A stretch of DNA of 12,203 nucleotides from contig CAZZXB010000039.1 of the NCBI GenBank assembly GCA_964658025.1, positions 1 to 12,203 of the forward strand, in the 5' to 3' direction. Each line of letters opens with the position of its first letter. Within the stretch, counting starts at the first letter, position 1. Below the pieces are notes generated by a model that did not search any database, was not told the origin of the DNA, and saw only the letters and a program-made list of their open reading frames with translations. This DNA comes from an uncultured Janthinobacterium sp. Its GTDB lineage: Bacteria > Vulcanimicrobiota > Vulcanimicrobiia > Vulcanimicrobiales > Vulcanimicrobiaceae. Both the position numbers and the translations under genes were made by a program. Shown one piece after another: positions 1-8,228 of this stretch.

Positions 1-1
1 T

Positions 2-1618
2 CACAAGGTCAAGATCGACGGCAAGGATTACACGCCGCAAGAGATCTCGGCGATGGTGCTCCAAAAGCTCGTCAACGACGCGTCGACCTATCTCGGCGAC
101 CGCGTGACGAAAGCCGTCATCACGGTCCCCGCGTACTTCAACGACGCGCAGCGGCAGGCGACCAAAGACGCCGGGCGCATCGCGGGTCTCGAAGTGCTCC
201 GCATCATCAACGAACCGACGGCGGCCGCGCTCGCGTACGGCCTCGACCGCAAGGGCACCGAGACGATCCTCGTGTGGGACCTCGGCGGCGGCACGTTCGA
301 CGTGTCGATCCTCGAAGTCGGCGAAGGCGTCTTCGAAGTGAAGTCGACCAACGGCGACACGCGCCTCGGCGGCGACGACTACGACGAGAAGATCGTCGAG
401 TGGCTCGTCGGCGAGTTCCGTAAGGATCAAGGCATCGATCTCTCCGGCGACAAGCAGGCGCTCCAGCGTCTGACCGAAGCCGCGGAAAAAGCGAAGATCG
501 AACTCTCGACGCTCACCTCGACGAACATCAACCTGCCGTTCATCACGGCCGATCAGAGCGGCCCGAAGCACCTCGACATCACGCTCACGCGCGCCGATTT
601 CGAACGGCTCGTCGGCGGTCTGACCGATCGGATGATCGCGCCCTTCAAGGCCGCGCTCGCCGATGCGAAGATCGACGTCAACCAGATCGACGAGATCGTC
701 ATGGTCGGCGGCTCGACGCGCATGCCGCTCTGCCAGGATCTCGTGAAGAAGCTCACGGGCAAAGAGCAGCTCAATCAGTCCGTCAATCCCGACGAAGTCG
801 TCGCGATCGGCGCGGCGATCCAGGCGGGCGTCCTCGCGGGCGAGGTTCGCGACGTCGTGTTGCTCGACGTCACGCCGCTCTCGCTCGGCCTCGAGACGCT
901 CGGCGGCGTGTTCACGAAACTGATCGATCGCAACACGACGATCCCGACGAAAAAATCGCAGGTCTTCACGACGGCCGAAGACGGCCAGACCTCGGTCGAT
1001 ATCGCGATCTTCCAAGGCGAGCGCGAGATGGCGCGCGACAACAAGTCGCTCGGCCAATTCCGTCTCGAGGGGATCCCCGCCGCCCCGCGCGGCGTCCCGC
1101 AGATCGAAGTCGCGTTCAACATCGATGCCAACGGCATCGTCGACGTCGCGGCCAAAGACCTCGGCACGGGCAAGGAACAGAAGATCACGATCACGGCTTC
1201 GACCAATCTCTCGAAAGACGAAGTCGATCGCATGGTCCGCGACGCCGAGAGTTCGGCTGCGGACGACGCGAAGCGCAAGGACGAAGCGGAGATCCGCAAC
1301 CGCGCCTCGAGCCTGCTCTACTCGACCGAGAAATCGCTCAAGGAGATCGGCGACAAGCTCGACGCGACGGCGAAGGCCGACGTCGAGACCGCGCTCGCCG
1401 AACTCAAGCGCGTCAGCGAAAACGGCACGACCGAAGAGGTCAAAACGGCGACCGACACCCTGCAGACCGCCTCGTACAAACTCGCCGAGGCGCTCTACCA
1501 GAAAACGGGCGGCGGCGCCGAAGGCGCCGAGACGAACGGCACGACGAACGCCTCGCACGAGGAGCCCTCGGCCCCTCACGAAGACGTCATCGACGCCGAG
1601 TTCACCGAAGCCAAGTAA
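2..1618 (+). CDS. dnaK: Molecular chaperone DnaK (Hsp70), 5'-truncated by window edge
   Basis: Frame is open from position 2 ([18 protein letters not shown]...). Hsp70 motifs [59 protein letters not shown] and C-terminal DVIDAEF. The ATG at 53 is internal. Confidence 0.99.
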   Translation, partial: HKVKIDGKDYTPQEISAMVLQKLVNDASTYLGDRVTKAVITVPAYFNDAQRQATKDAGRIAGLEVLRIINEPTAAALAYGLDRKGTETILVWDLGGGTFDVSILEVGEGVFEVKSTNGDTRLGGDDYDEKIVEWLVGEFRKDQGIDLSGDKQALQRLTEAAEKAKIELSTLTSTNINLPFITADQSGPKHLDITLTRADFERLVGGLTDRMIAPFKAALADAKIDVNQIDEIVMVGGSTRMPLCQDLVKKLTGKEQLNQSVNPDEVVAIGAAIQAGVLAGEVRDVVLLDVTPLSLGLETLGGVFTKLIDRNTTIPTKKSQVFTTAEDGQTSVDIAIFQGEREMARDNKSLGQFRLEGIPAAPRGVPQIEVAFNIDANGIVDVAAKDLGTGKEQKITITASTNLSKDEVDRMVRDAESSAADDAKRKDEAEIRNRASSLLYSTEKSLKEIGDKLDATAKADVETALAELKRVSENGTTEEVKTATDTLQTASYKLAEALYQKTGGGAEGAETNGTTNASHEEPSAPHEDVIDAEFTEAK

Positions 1619-1630
1619 CCGCTGACGACG

Positions 1631-1668
1631 GGCGCCGTGCGATTCGCTTCCGCGAGTCGTGCGGCGCC
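1631..1668 (+). terminator. 17-bp stem-loop between dnaK and grpE (partial terminator or mRNA-stabilising hairpin)
   Basis: GGCGCCGTGCGATTCGC-ttcc-GCGAGTCGTGCGGCGCC pairs fully with 3 G-U pairs. It is followed by ATTT and then the grpE SD GAGG. Confidence 0.75.
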
Positions 1669-1682
1669 ATTTGAGGATTTCG

Positions 1683-2210
1683 ATGGAAACCGAAGCACAC
1701 GTCGACGCGGCCGAGCTCACCGCGCCGGTCTCCGATTCCACGGCCGATCTCGCCGCGGAACTCGCCGCATCCCAAGCGCTCGCGAACGAGCGTTACCAAG
1801 AACTCCAGTACGCGCGCGCCGAAATCGATAACGTGCGCAAACGCGCCGAGCGCGCCGCGCTCGATCGCGCGAACTACCAGCACCGCCAACTCCTCGCGAA
1901 GTTTCTGCCCGTGCTCGACAACCTCAAGCGCGCGCTCGCGTTCGACGATTCGAACGGCCTGCGCGGCGGCTTACAGGCGACCCTGCGCGGATTCGAAGGC
2001 GCGCTCGCGAGCGAACAGGTCGTCGCGATCGAGACGGTCGGCAAGCCGTTCGACCCGCACGTCGCCGAAGCGATCTCGACGCGCGAGAGCGCGGATCACG
2101 ACGACGACATCGTCCTCGAAGAAGCGCAGCGCGGATACCGACTCGGCGACGATCTGCTCCGTCCGGCGATGGTCGTCGTCGCGAAGCGCGTCGCGGCCGA
2201 GGGATCTTGA
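1683..2210 (+). CDS. grpE: Nucleotide exchange factor GrpE (175 aa)
   Basis: Motifs [33 protein letters not shown] and [21 protein letters not shown] 1683 is preceded by GAGG (1673-1676). Lies between dnaK and dnaJ. Confidence 0.97.
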   Translation: METEAHVDAAELTAPVSDSTADLAAELAASQALANERYQELQYARAEIDNVRKRAERAALDRANYQHRQLLAKFLPVLDNLKRALAFDDSNGLRGGLQATLRGFEGALASEQVVAIETVGKPFDPHVAEAISTRESADHDDDIVLEEAQRGYRLGDDLLRPAMVVVAKRVAAEGS

Positions 2211-3253
2211 ACTACAAGGACTACTACGCCGTTCTCGGCGTCGCGAAAAACGCCGCCGAGAAAGACATCAAATCCGCGTACCGCAAGCTCGCGCGTAAGT
2301 GGCATCCCGACGCGAATCCCGACAACGCGAAGGAAGCCGAAGAGCGCTTCAAGGCGATCTCCGAAGCGTACGAGGTTCTCGGCGATTCGGAGAAGCGTCG
2401 GAAGTACGACGCGCTCGGGAGCGACTGGGAGCGCTCGGCGCAACAGGCGGAGGCGCAACGGCGCCAACGCTCGTCGCCGGGCGCCTCGTCGAATCCGTAC
2501 GGCGGGATGAACGGTCAGGGCTTCGCCGATGCGGCGGGCGGTCCGAGCGGATTCTCGGATTTTTTCGACGCGTTCTTCTCGGGCGTCGGGCGGCGTCAGG
2601 GCGCGCCCGGCGCCGCGCCGCAGAGCGCGCCGAGTCGCGGTTCCGATCTCGAAACGACGATCGACCTCACGTTACGTGAGGCGTACGTCGGCGGCCCGAA
2701 ATCCGTGAGCCTGCAGATCGACGACGCGTGCCCGCGCTGTCACGGCTCGGGCGTGCTCGGCAATCGGATCTGCCCCCAGTGTCACGGCACGGGGCGATCG
2801 CTGCAGAGTAAGAAGTTCGACGTGACGATCCCGCGCGGCATCCGCGACGGCCAGCGCATCCGTCTCGCGGGTCAGGGCGGCGCGGGATCGGGCGGCGGGC
2901 CGAACGGCGATCTGTTCCTGATCGCGACGATCAAAACCGATCCGACCTACGAACGACGCGGCGACGATCTCTACGTCGATCTCGAGGTCCGTCTGTACGA
3001 CCTCATCTTGGGTTCCGAGATCCGCGTCCCGACGCTTTCGGGCGACGTCACGATGACGATCCGCCCCGGGACGCAGAACAATAAGCGACTCCGCCTCACG
3101 GGCAAGGGCATGCCGAAGATCAAGGGCGGCGGGTTCGGCGACGAGTTCGTGCGCATCGTCGCCGTGTTGCCGACCGAGCTCGACGACCGTGACCGCGCGT
3201 TATTCGAACAACTCGCGGGCGTTCGGACCGAGGCGCGCGCGGAGGCCGTCTGA
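2207..3253 (+). CDS. dnaJ: DnaJ-family co-chaperone (J domain, G/F region, single zinc centre, C-terminal domains; CbpA-like N-terminus)
   Basis: [24 protein letters not shown], two CxxCxGxG repeats, [10 protein letters not shown] and [12 protein letters not shown] start overlaps the grpE TGA (TTGA). Confidence 0.93.
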   Translation: MNYKDYYAVLGVAKNAAEKDIKSAYRKLARKWHPDANPDNAKEAEERFKAISEAYEVLGDSEKRRKYDALGSDWERSAQQAEAQRRQRSSPGASSNPYGGMNGQGFADAAGGPSGFSDFFDAFFSGVGRRQGAPGAAPQSAPSRGSDLETTIDLTLREAYVGGPKSVSLQIDDACPRCHGSGVLGNRICPQCHGTGRSLQSKKFDVTIPRGIRDGQRIRLAGQGGAGSGGGPNGDLFLIATIKTDPTYERRGDDLYVDLEVRLYDLILGSEIRVPTLSGDVTMTIRPGTQNNKRLRLTGKGMPKIKGGGFGDEFVRIVAVLPTELDDRDRALFEQLAGVRTEARAEAV

Positions 3254-3278
3254 TTCCGGCCTTGCGCGCGCTCGCCCG

Positions 3279-5582
3279 TTAGCGCAGACCCGACGCCTGC
3301 GGTCGACGCCACGAACCGTCGGGCGCGACGCTACGCGCGGCGGCCGTCGGCATCGGCGCGAATACCGGCGCGTCGAAGGCTCCCGTCATCGTCGCGCTCG
3401 TCGGTTGGAAGTCGCCGTAGTTCGGCGTATACGTCAACCCCTTCGTCGACGTGAAGGCGATCGCGTACGTCGTCGGATTCAACGCGAGCGATAACGTCGA
3501 AGGCATCGCGTCGTAGTCCTGATCGTCGCCGAATTGTGAGGTCGGATCACCGATCATGCCGCCGAAGCTCTTCGCCTCGCCGCAGATATCGACCGACGTG
3601 TCCGTGCACGTCGCCGCATTCTTCGCGGCGTATTGGAAGCCCGGGCACGCGACGTTGGTCGTTCCCGCGTTCACGCCCGGCCGCCCCGCGTTGCACGGGG
3701 CGTTATTGACCGGATCGAGATTCGACGAGATCTGAAGGTAACTCGCCGTCGTCGCGTACGGCTTGAGCGCGACGGGACCGGTTCCGGTGATCGTCGCGTT
3801 TCCGGACCCGTCGCTCGAAACGAACGAGCCGCTGTATTTGTCGAGCGTCGCCGTCGAATCGGGCGTCACGTCGGAGACGTAAAACGTGGGACGCACGGGC
3901 GCGGTATCGATCGTCGGCACGAACGGCGCGACGTCGGCGCGGATGCCGAGATTCATCGCGATCGAGAGCGTCCCGGTCCCCGAACCGACCGCGTTCCCGA
4001 AGCTCCCGAGTTGCGCGTTCTCGACGTAACCGAGTTTGCCGTGCCAATACGTGAGCGGCGCGCCATTACTCTCCAACCCCGTCGCGCCCTTCACGACGAC
4101 CGACCCGGCCGAACTCGCACCGTCGTTCGGAAGATCGATGACGATCTTCGTCCGACTCCACGACTCGACGTATTCCGAGATCGCGCTCGTTCCGAGCGTG
4201 TCGACGACGGTCCCCTTCGCCGCCGGGAACTCGCCATCGATCTCGAGCGTGCTGTGGGGCAGACCTTCCGTCACCGTCATCGTCGAGATCGAAGGCACGA
4301 GAATCGCGTCGTCGACGCTACCGGGCGCGACGGTCTCGACGAGATTGGCTTGCGCGTACCGGCGCGACGGCGGCGAGTAATCCAAGTGCGTCGCGTTCGT
4401 GACGAGGCCGGAACGTTGCTCCGCGTGCACGGCGGCGATGACGTCGGCGAGCGAGAACGGGCGTTGCCGCGGCGTCCGCTGCGTGGCATAGGCGTCGAGC
4501 GCGGCGTCGGGTTCGCCGAGCAGACGATCCGTGATGAACGCGTCGGTTTCGTCGGCGTGTCCGCCGTCGACCGGTTGCGTCCAGCCGAGATACGTTCCGA
4601 CGCCCGCACCGTGGAGCGTGGCGAACGTCGCGTCCTTGATCGTCGTCTCCTGACCGAAGCACGATTCGTTGTCGAAGAGCGCGCCCGGGTTGAAGGCGAC
4701 GTGTGCCGTCGTGAACGTGGGCGTGAACGCGAACGTGGCGAGCGCTCGAGGATCGGTCGCCATGGGCCGGAGCACCGCCGCGGCGAACACGGTGCCGGTT
4801 CGGAGTTCGTTCGCATACGTCATCATCGAGGCCGCGTTGACGGCCGTATCGGAGAGGTTGACGTACTGATGGACCTTCGTCGGCCCGAGATACGCGATCA
4901 TGCCGTGGGTCGCGAGCGACAGAAAATCGACGGGATGCGTCGCGCCGAGCGCTTCGATGTTCTCGAGCGTGACGGGAAGGTCTTGGACGTCGTAGGTCGC
5001 CGGATCGAGAGCGGCCGGAATCGCCGCGACCCAGGCGGCGGCGAGATCGACTTGTCGCGACGGTACGAACGCGCCGCTCTGATCCGTCGTATTGATGAAG
5101 TAGACGATCTCGTGCTGCGTCGCCGGACCCGAGAACGTCGCTTGCGGCAGACGCGCGGTCGAGCTCTCGGGTCTCGCGACGATCGAGGCCGAGGCCGCCG
5201 CACCGTATTCCTCGGGTCGGTCGGCGAATAACATCACCGAAAGACCGCCGGGGAGCGTCCCCGTGATGCCGCCCGGACCGACGACGGCCGCGACGAAAAG
5301 CTTCGAAGCCGTCATGTGCGCGGCCGTCGCGCTCACGTCGGTCGGCAGATCGGCATGCGGCTGCGACGCGAAGAACGCCTCCGCGTCCGCGAGCGCAGCG
5401 GTGACCTTCGCGGCCGACGGAAGGCCGCCCACGGGGATCGGTGTCGGCGTGGGCCCGGCGGCGACACCCGGGCCGCGCGGCTGCGGCGTCAGCGTCGAGG
5501 ATCCGCCGCCGCAACCGGTGACGAGGTTTGCGACGGCCGCGAACGCGGCGAGGCGAGCGAGAAATTTCGGCGGCTTTCGCAA
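3279..5582 (-). CDS. Large lipoprotein (~767 aa) with putative clan CD (caspase/CHAT/C25-like) peptidase domain and IPT/TIG-like domain
   Basis: TTG at 5582 with SD GGAGGAG (5592-5598, 9-nt spacer) gives a signal peptide MRKPPKFLARLAAFAAVANLVTG-C24 (lipobox VTGC), then a GGGSS/Pro-Thr linker. Motifs FLSLATHG, LFDNESCFG and GAGVGTYLGWTQPV. Ig-like segment PSISTMT...LEIDGEF...VESWSRTKIVIDLP...GSVVV...SN. The CDS is secure; the domain calls are inferred. Confidence 0.85.
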   Translation of the reverse strand: MRKPPKFLARLAAFAAVANLVTGCGGGSSTLTPQPRGPGVAAGPTPTPIPVGGLPSAAKVTAALADAEAFFASQPHADLPTDVSATAAHMTASKLFVAAVVGPGGITGTLPGGLSVMLFADRPEEYGAAASASIVARPESSTARLPQATFSGPATQHEIVYFINTTDQSGAFVPSRQVDLAAAWVAAIPAALDPATYDVQDLPVTLENIEALGATHPVDFLSLATHGMIAYLGPTKVHQYVNLSDTAVNAASMMTYANELRTGTVFAAAVLRPMATDPRALATFAFTPTFTTAHVAFNPGALFDNESCFGQETTIKDATFATLHGAGVGTYLGWTQPVDGGHADETDAFITDRLLGEPDAALDAYATQRTPRQRPFSLADVIAAVHAEQRSGLVTNATHLDYSPPSRRYAQANLVETVAPGSVDDAILVPSISTMTVTEGLPHSTLEIDGEFPAAKGTVVDTLGTSAISEYVESWSRTKIVIDLPNDGASSAGSVVVKGATGLESNGAPLTYWHGKLGYVENAQLGSFGNAVGSGTGTLSIAMNLGIRADVAPFVPTIDTAPVRPTFYVSDVTPDSTATLDKYSGSFVSSDGSGNATITGTGPVALKPYATTASYLQISSNLDPVNNAPCNAGRPGVNAGTTNVACPGFQYAAKNAATCTDTSVDICGEAKSFGGMIGDPTSQFGDDQDYDAMPSTLSLALNPTTYAIAFTSTKGLTYTPNYGDFQPTSATMTGAFDAPVFAPMPTAAARSVAPDGSWRRPQASGLR

Positions 5583-5633
5583 GTGATCGATCTCCTCCAA
5601 CGTGAAGGCAGCGCCCGACATGAATGCGGGGCG

Positions 5634-6374
5634 ATGCGCCTGATGCGACGCTTCTTTCGAGAGCGCGCGGGACGTGGGAGATTCTATCAGACCACCCTTT
5701 CGAAAACCCTTACATGCATTGTCGCACTCGTCGGGGTCCTCGTTATCGGGCGATCGCTCGTCGAGACGCTCGCGCTCCACATCGGTAAGGCCCCGCCCGG
5801 CGTCGTCTCCTTCGAATTGTGGGACGCGCCCCCGGCACCGACGGCCGAGCGACGCGTCGCGTTATGGCTCGAACGGCATTCTTCGGACCTGGCCCGCGCC
5901 GAACGACGTTTCGGCGTCGACCGCCGGGCCGTCGGCGCCGCGATCGCCTACGAAGCGCTCGCGGATCCGCGCACCGGCACGTTCGGACGGGCCGCGCGAT
6001 TCTCGGGACCCGGCAAGGTGCATTACCGCGAACATCGGCTGAGCGAAGGGGATCCGGCGGCGAAGCAAGTCGAGGAGCTCGGCTATCTCCCGCATCTCGA
6101 TATGGAAGCGCGTCGGGCGGCGCTCGCGAAGGCGCCGATCGCGATCGCGTACATCGCCGCGATCATGGCGGCGTTCGTCCGCGACGATCCGACGAACGGC
6201 GCGCGATTGGCGTGCGAGGACGCGCACCTCGTCACGTTATACACCGCGTGGAAGCCGAGCGATTTCGCGCGGCGATCGCTCGCGAACGTCCGCGACAACG
6301 ATGCGGGCGTTTGGACGGATCGTCACGCCGCGTTTCTCGACGACGCGATCGGTCCGTCGCCGCGTTGCCCGTAG
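5634..6374 (+). CDS. Membrane-anchored hypothetical protein with lysozyme/lytic-transglycosylase-like motifs; start uncertain (5634 or 5643)
   Basis: Basic N-terminus plus hydrophobic helix CIVALVGVLVIG. DLARAERRFGVDRRAVGAAIAYEA resembles SLT motif I (catalytic Glu, codon 5952-5954). SGPGKVH, IAYIAAIM and VTLYTAW loosely match later motifs. The upstream part of the 352-aa ORF is antisense shadow of the lipoprotein. Confidence 0.65.
   Translation: MRLMRRFFRERAGRGRFYQTTLSKTLTCIVALVGVLVIGRSLVETLALHIGKAPPGVVSFELWDAPPAPTAERRVALWLERHSSDLARAERRFGVDRRAVGAAIAYEALADPRTGTFGRAARFSGPGKVHYREHRLSEGDPAAKQVEELGYLPHLDMEARRAALAKAPIAIAYIAAIMAAFVRDDPTNGARLACEDAHLVTLYTAWKPSDFARRSLANVRDNDAGVWTDRHAAFLDDAIGPSPRCP
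5681..5689 (-). promoter_or_regulatory. Possible extended -10 promoter (TGnTAGAAT) for the lipoprotein gene
   Basis: Minus strand reads TGATAGAAT about 100 nt upstream of the TTG start, in a locally AT-richer patch. No good -35 box. Confidence 0.4.
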
Positions 6375-6438
6375 TCGACGGCGGACGTTTCGCGTCGGCG
6401 ATTCGGACCTTCGACGAACCGATATCCCGCGTGCCAAT

Positions 6439-6621
6439 GTGGGATCGAACGTCCGCGCGAGAATCCTCGGCCACGATATTCGAGTCCTCACGACCGATCT
6501 CGATACCGCCGACGCGACCTACGAACGCATCGAAGGAACGACCCGCCGACCGGCGTCGGTCGTTCGAGATATCCGACGCATCGAACCGCTTCTAATCCCG
6601 CGGGGCCGTCGTCGCACGTGA
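6439..6621 (+). CDS. Possible small hypothetical protein (60 aa)
   Basis: GTG-start ORF (MGSNVRARILGHDIRVLTTDLDTADATYERIEG...) fills an otherwise empty ~260-bp gap with plausible codon usage. No SD and no recognisable motif. Confidence 0.25.
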   Translation: MGSNVRARILGHDIRVLTTDLDTADATYERIEGTTRRPASVVRDIRRIEPLLIPRGRRRT

Positions 6622-6637
6622 CGCGCGACGGCGGGCC

Positions 6638-7315
6638 TCAACGCAGATCCGCGTCCGTGAGACCCGCGTCGATCACGTAGTTCGTGAGCGCCCAACGCTC
6701 GACGACTTCGTCGCCCTCGTATCGCTTTCGGACGAGAACGAGACCCGAGGCGTCGGCCACGTCGAGAACGTCGAGCGTGATCACGCCGCGATCGCTCGCC
6801 GAATCTTCGGGACAGACGATCCCCTTATACGGTAACGCGATCTCCGTCGTCGCCTTCCCGTCGATCGTCGGGCCGGCGCGTTCGACGAGCGCGTCTCGAT
6901 GCGCTTCGAAACACGCGACGAGCGTGCCCATGTTCGGATCGAGGATTCCGTTCCCGCGCAGCGACGTGAGATCGACCTGATGCGCGTCGCCGTGCATCTT
7001 GAAGAACGAGAGACCGCGCTTGTACGCCGTCACCGTATCGGTTCCGGTCCACACGATGGTCGCGCCGCTCTTCGGTCCCGCGATCACGTCGAGCCGGGCG
7101 CGATCGGGTTTGCGAAAACGATACAGCATCACGTTATCGGCGGATCGATCGCCGAGCGTCTCGTGCGCGTCGATCGTCACGCTGTAATCTTGCAACTTCT
7201 TCCAGACGTCGCAAAATCGATCGAACGACGACGTGTTCGAAGCCCCCGCGGCCGCGGCGTCGACGATCACGAACGCCAGCGCGGCAACGATTCCCAGAAT
7301 CCGTGTAGGGGGCAT
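6638..7315 (-). CDS. Secreted LolA-like / lipoprotein-sorting-fold protein (225 aa)
   Basis: Signal peptide MPPTRILGIVAALAFVIVDAAAA. The pattern KLQDYSVTI...YRFRKPDRARLDV..GPKSGATIVWTG...VTAY and the C-terminal GLVLVRKRY...LTNYVIDAGLTDADL are typical of the LolA/RseB/DUF2092-like fold. Confidence 0.75.
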   Translation of the reverse strand: MPPTRILGIVAALAFVIVDAAAAGASNTSSFDRFCDVWKKLQDYSVTIDAHETLGDRSADNVMLYRFRKPDRARLDVIAGPKSGATIVWTGTDTVTAYKRGLSFFKMHGDAHQVDLTSLRGNGILDPNMGTLVACFEAHRDALVERAGPTIDGKATTEIALPYKGIVCPEDSASDRGVITLDVLDVADASGLVLVRKRYEGDEVVERWALTNYVIDAGLTDADLR

Positions 7316-7476
7316 GACGCAGGGCGCGTTCGTCCCGAAGCGCCCCCCACTCCTGCTTGCGTCCACGCGCGCGGAAGCGTCGCGCGACCGGCCCGGCCGC
7401 GACGATCCACGAGTCGACGACCGCATCGGCGTACCGTCGACGCCGCCGATTACACGTCGTTAACGAGCCCACTCGG

Positions 7477-7495
7477 AAACCGCCCCTTGGGCGGT
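7477..7495 (-). terminator. Putative terminator hairpin downstream of the membrane-protein gene
   Basis: Minus strand ACCGCCC-aag-GGGCGGT followed by only TT, 25 nt after the stop at 7521. Confidence 0.45.
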
Positions 7496-7520
7496 CACGC
7501 GAATCGTCCGAGCGCGATCC

Positions 7521-8195
7521 TCACTCTCGATCTCGATCGGCGCGCTCCACGTGCGGTGCGATCGTACGGTCCACACGGAAACAACGTACGAATTCTTCGG
7601 CGTACGGCACGGCGATACCGAGGACGACGGCGCCGAAGAGCCCGACGAGATACCGCGACGTAAGCGGCGGCCGCTTCGGTTCGAGCCGCCACCGCGCGGC
7701 TTCGTCGCCCCGTCCGAAGAGCGCCGCGAACTGCTCGCTCTTTAGGCAACAGGCGAGGGCGGTCATGACGAACGGCATTACTTCGAGAAAGCTATGCGTC
7801 TGTTGCTCGATCGCCGAGACGTCACGGCGCGATTGCGCGTACCGTATATCCCACGACGTGACGCCTTCGTGAAAGATGGTCGCGACCATCATCGATGCGA
7901 GAACCGAGGCATTGATGTCACAGACGAGCGCGAGCGTGAGCGGCAAGCCGATCGAGCCCATCATCAGCACGTGTGTGAGCGACTCGTGCGATCCGGCGGT
8001 CTTCTCGATGCGACTCCGGCGATGCCAATACCAGTCGGCGATCCCCGGAACGATCCAGAAGGGCAGCGCGACGTACAGCAAGGCGCGCCGTAACGCTAAG
8101 TCGGTCGAGTCGGACGAGGGGTCCGCGTCGTGCGCGCGCCGCGCGGACGCATCGAGCGCCCCGAGATCCCCCGCTTCATCTACGTCGCGACGCAT
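7521..8195 (-). CDS. Conserved integral membrane protein (His/Asp/Glu-rich helices), function unknown
   Basis: About 5 hydrophobic segments, with motifs PFWIVPGIADWYWHRRSRIE, ESLTH, FHE..TSWD..YA...R.VS.IEQ.THSFLE..P and PYAEEFVRC. Resembles a family I recall being labelled 'diguanylate cyclase', but no GGDEF motif is present. Confidence 0.88.
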   Translation of the reverse strand: MRRDVDEAGDLGALDASARRAHDADPSSDSTDLALRRALLYVALPFWIVPGIADWYWHRRSRIEKTAGSHESLTHVLMMGSIGLPLTLALVCDINASVLASMMVATIFHEGVTSWDIRYAQSRRDVSAIEQQTHSFLEVMPFVMTALACCLKSEQFAALFGRGDEAARWRLEPKRPPLTSRYLVGLFGAVVLGIAVPYAEEFVRCFRVDRTIAPHVERADRDRE

Positions 8196-8200
8196 GATGC

Positions 8201-8228
8201 ATTATACGCGGACGCGTCCTCGCGTAAA
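8201..8228 (-). promoter_or_regulatory. Sigma70/SigA-type promoter, probably giving a leaderless mRNA
   Basis: Minus strand TTTACG-N16-TATAAT, then 5 nt, then ATG (8195). No SD. Confidence 0.7.

Noticed and set aside
1..3253. CIRCE or HAIR heat-shock operators
   Set aside because: None seen; the operon promoter lies upstream of the window.
3633..5231. 532-aa + strand ORF (and the 398-aa minus ORF 4318-5514) overlapping the lipoprotein
   Set aside because: Arg-rich low-complexity translations typical of off-frame/antisense shadows in high-GC coding DNA; no motifs.
5583..5780. N-terminal 66 codons of the 833-aa ORF call
   Set aside because: The TTG at 5582 has a strong SD and puts the signal peptide and lipobox at the N-terminus; the extension overlaps the divergent gene.
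7521..8195. Diguanylate cyclase label for the membrane protein
   Set aside because: No GG(D/E)EF motif or soluble cyclase domain in the translation.
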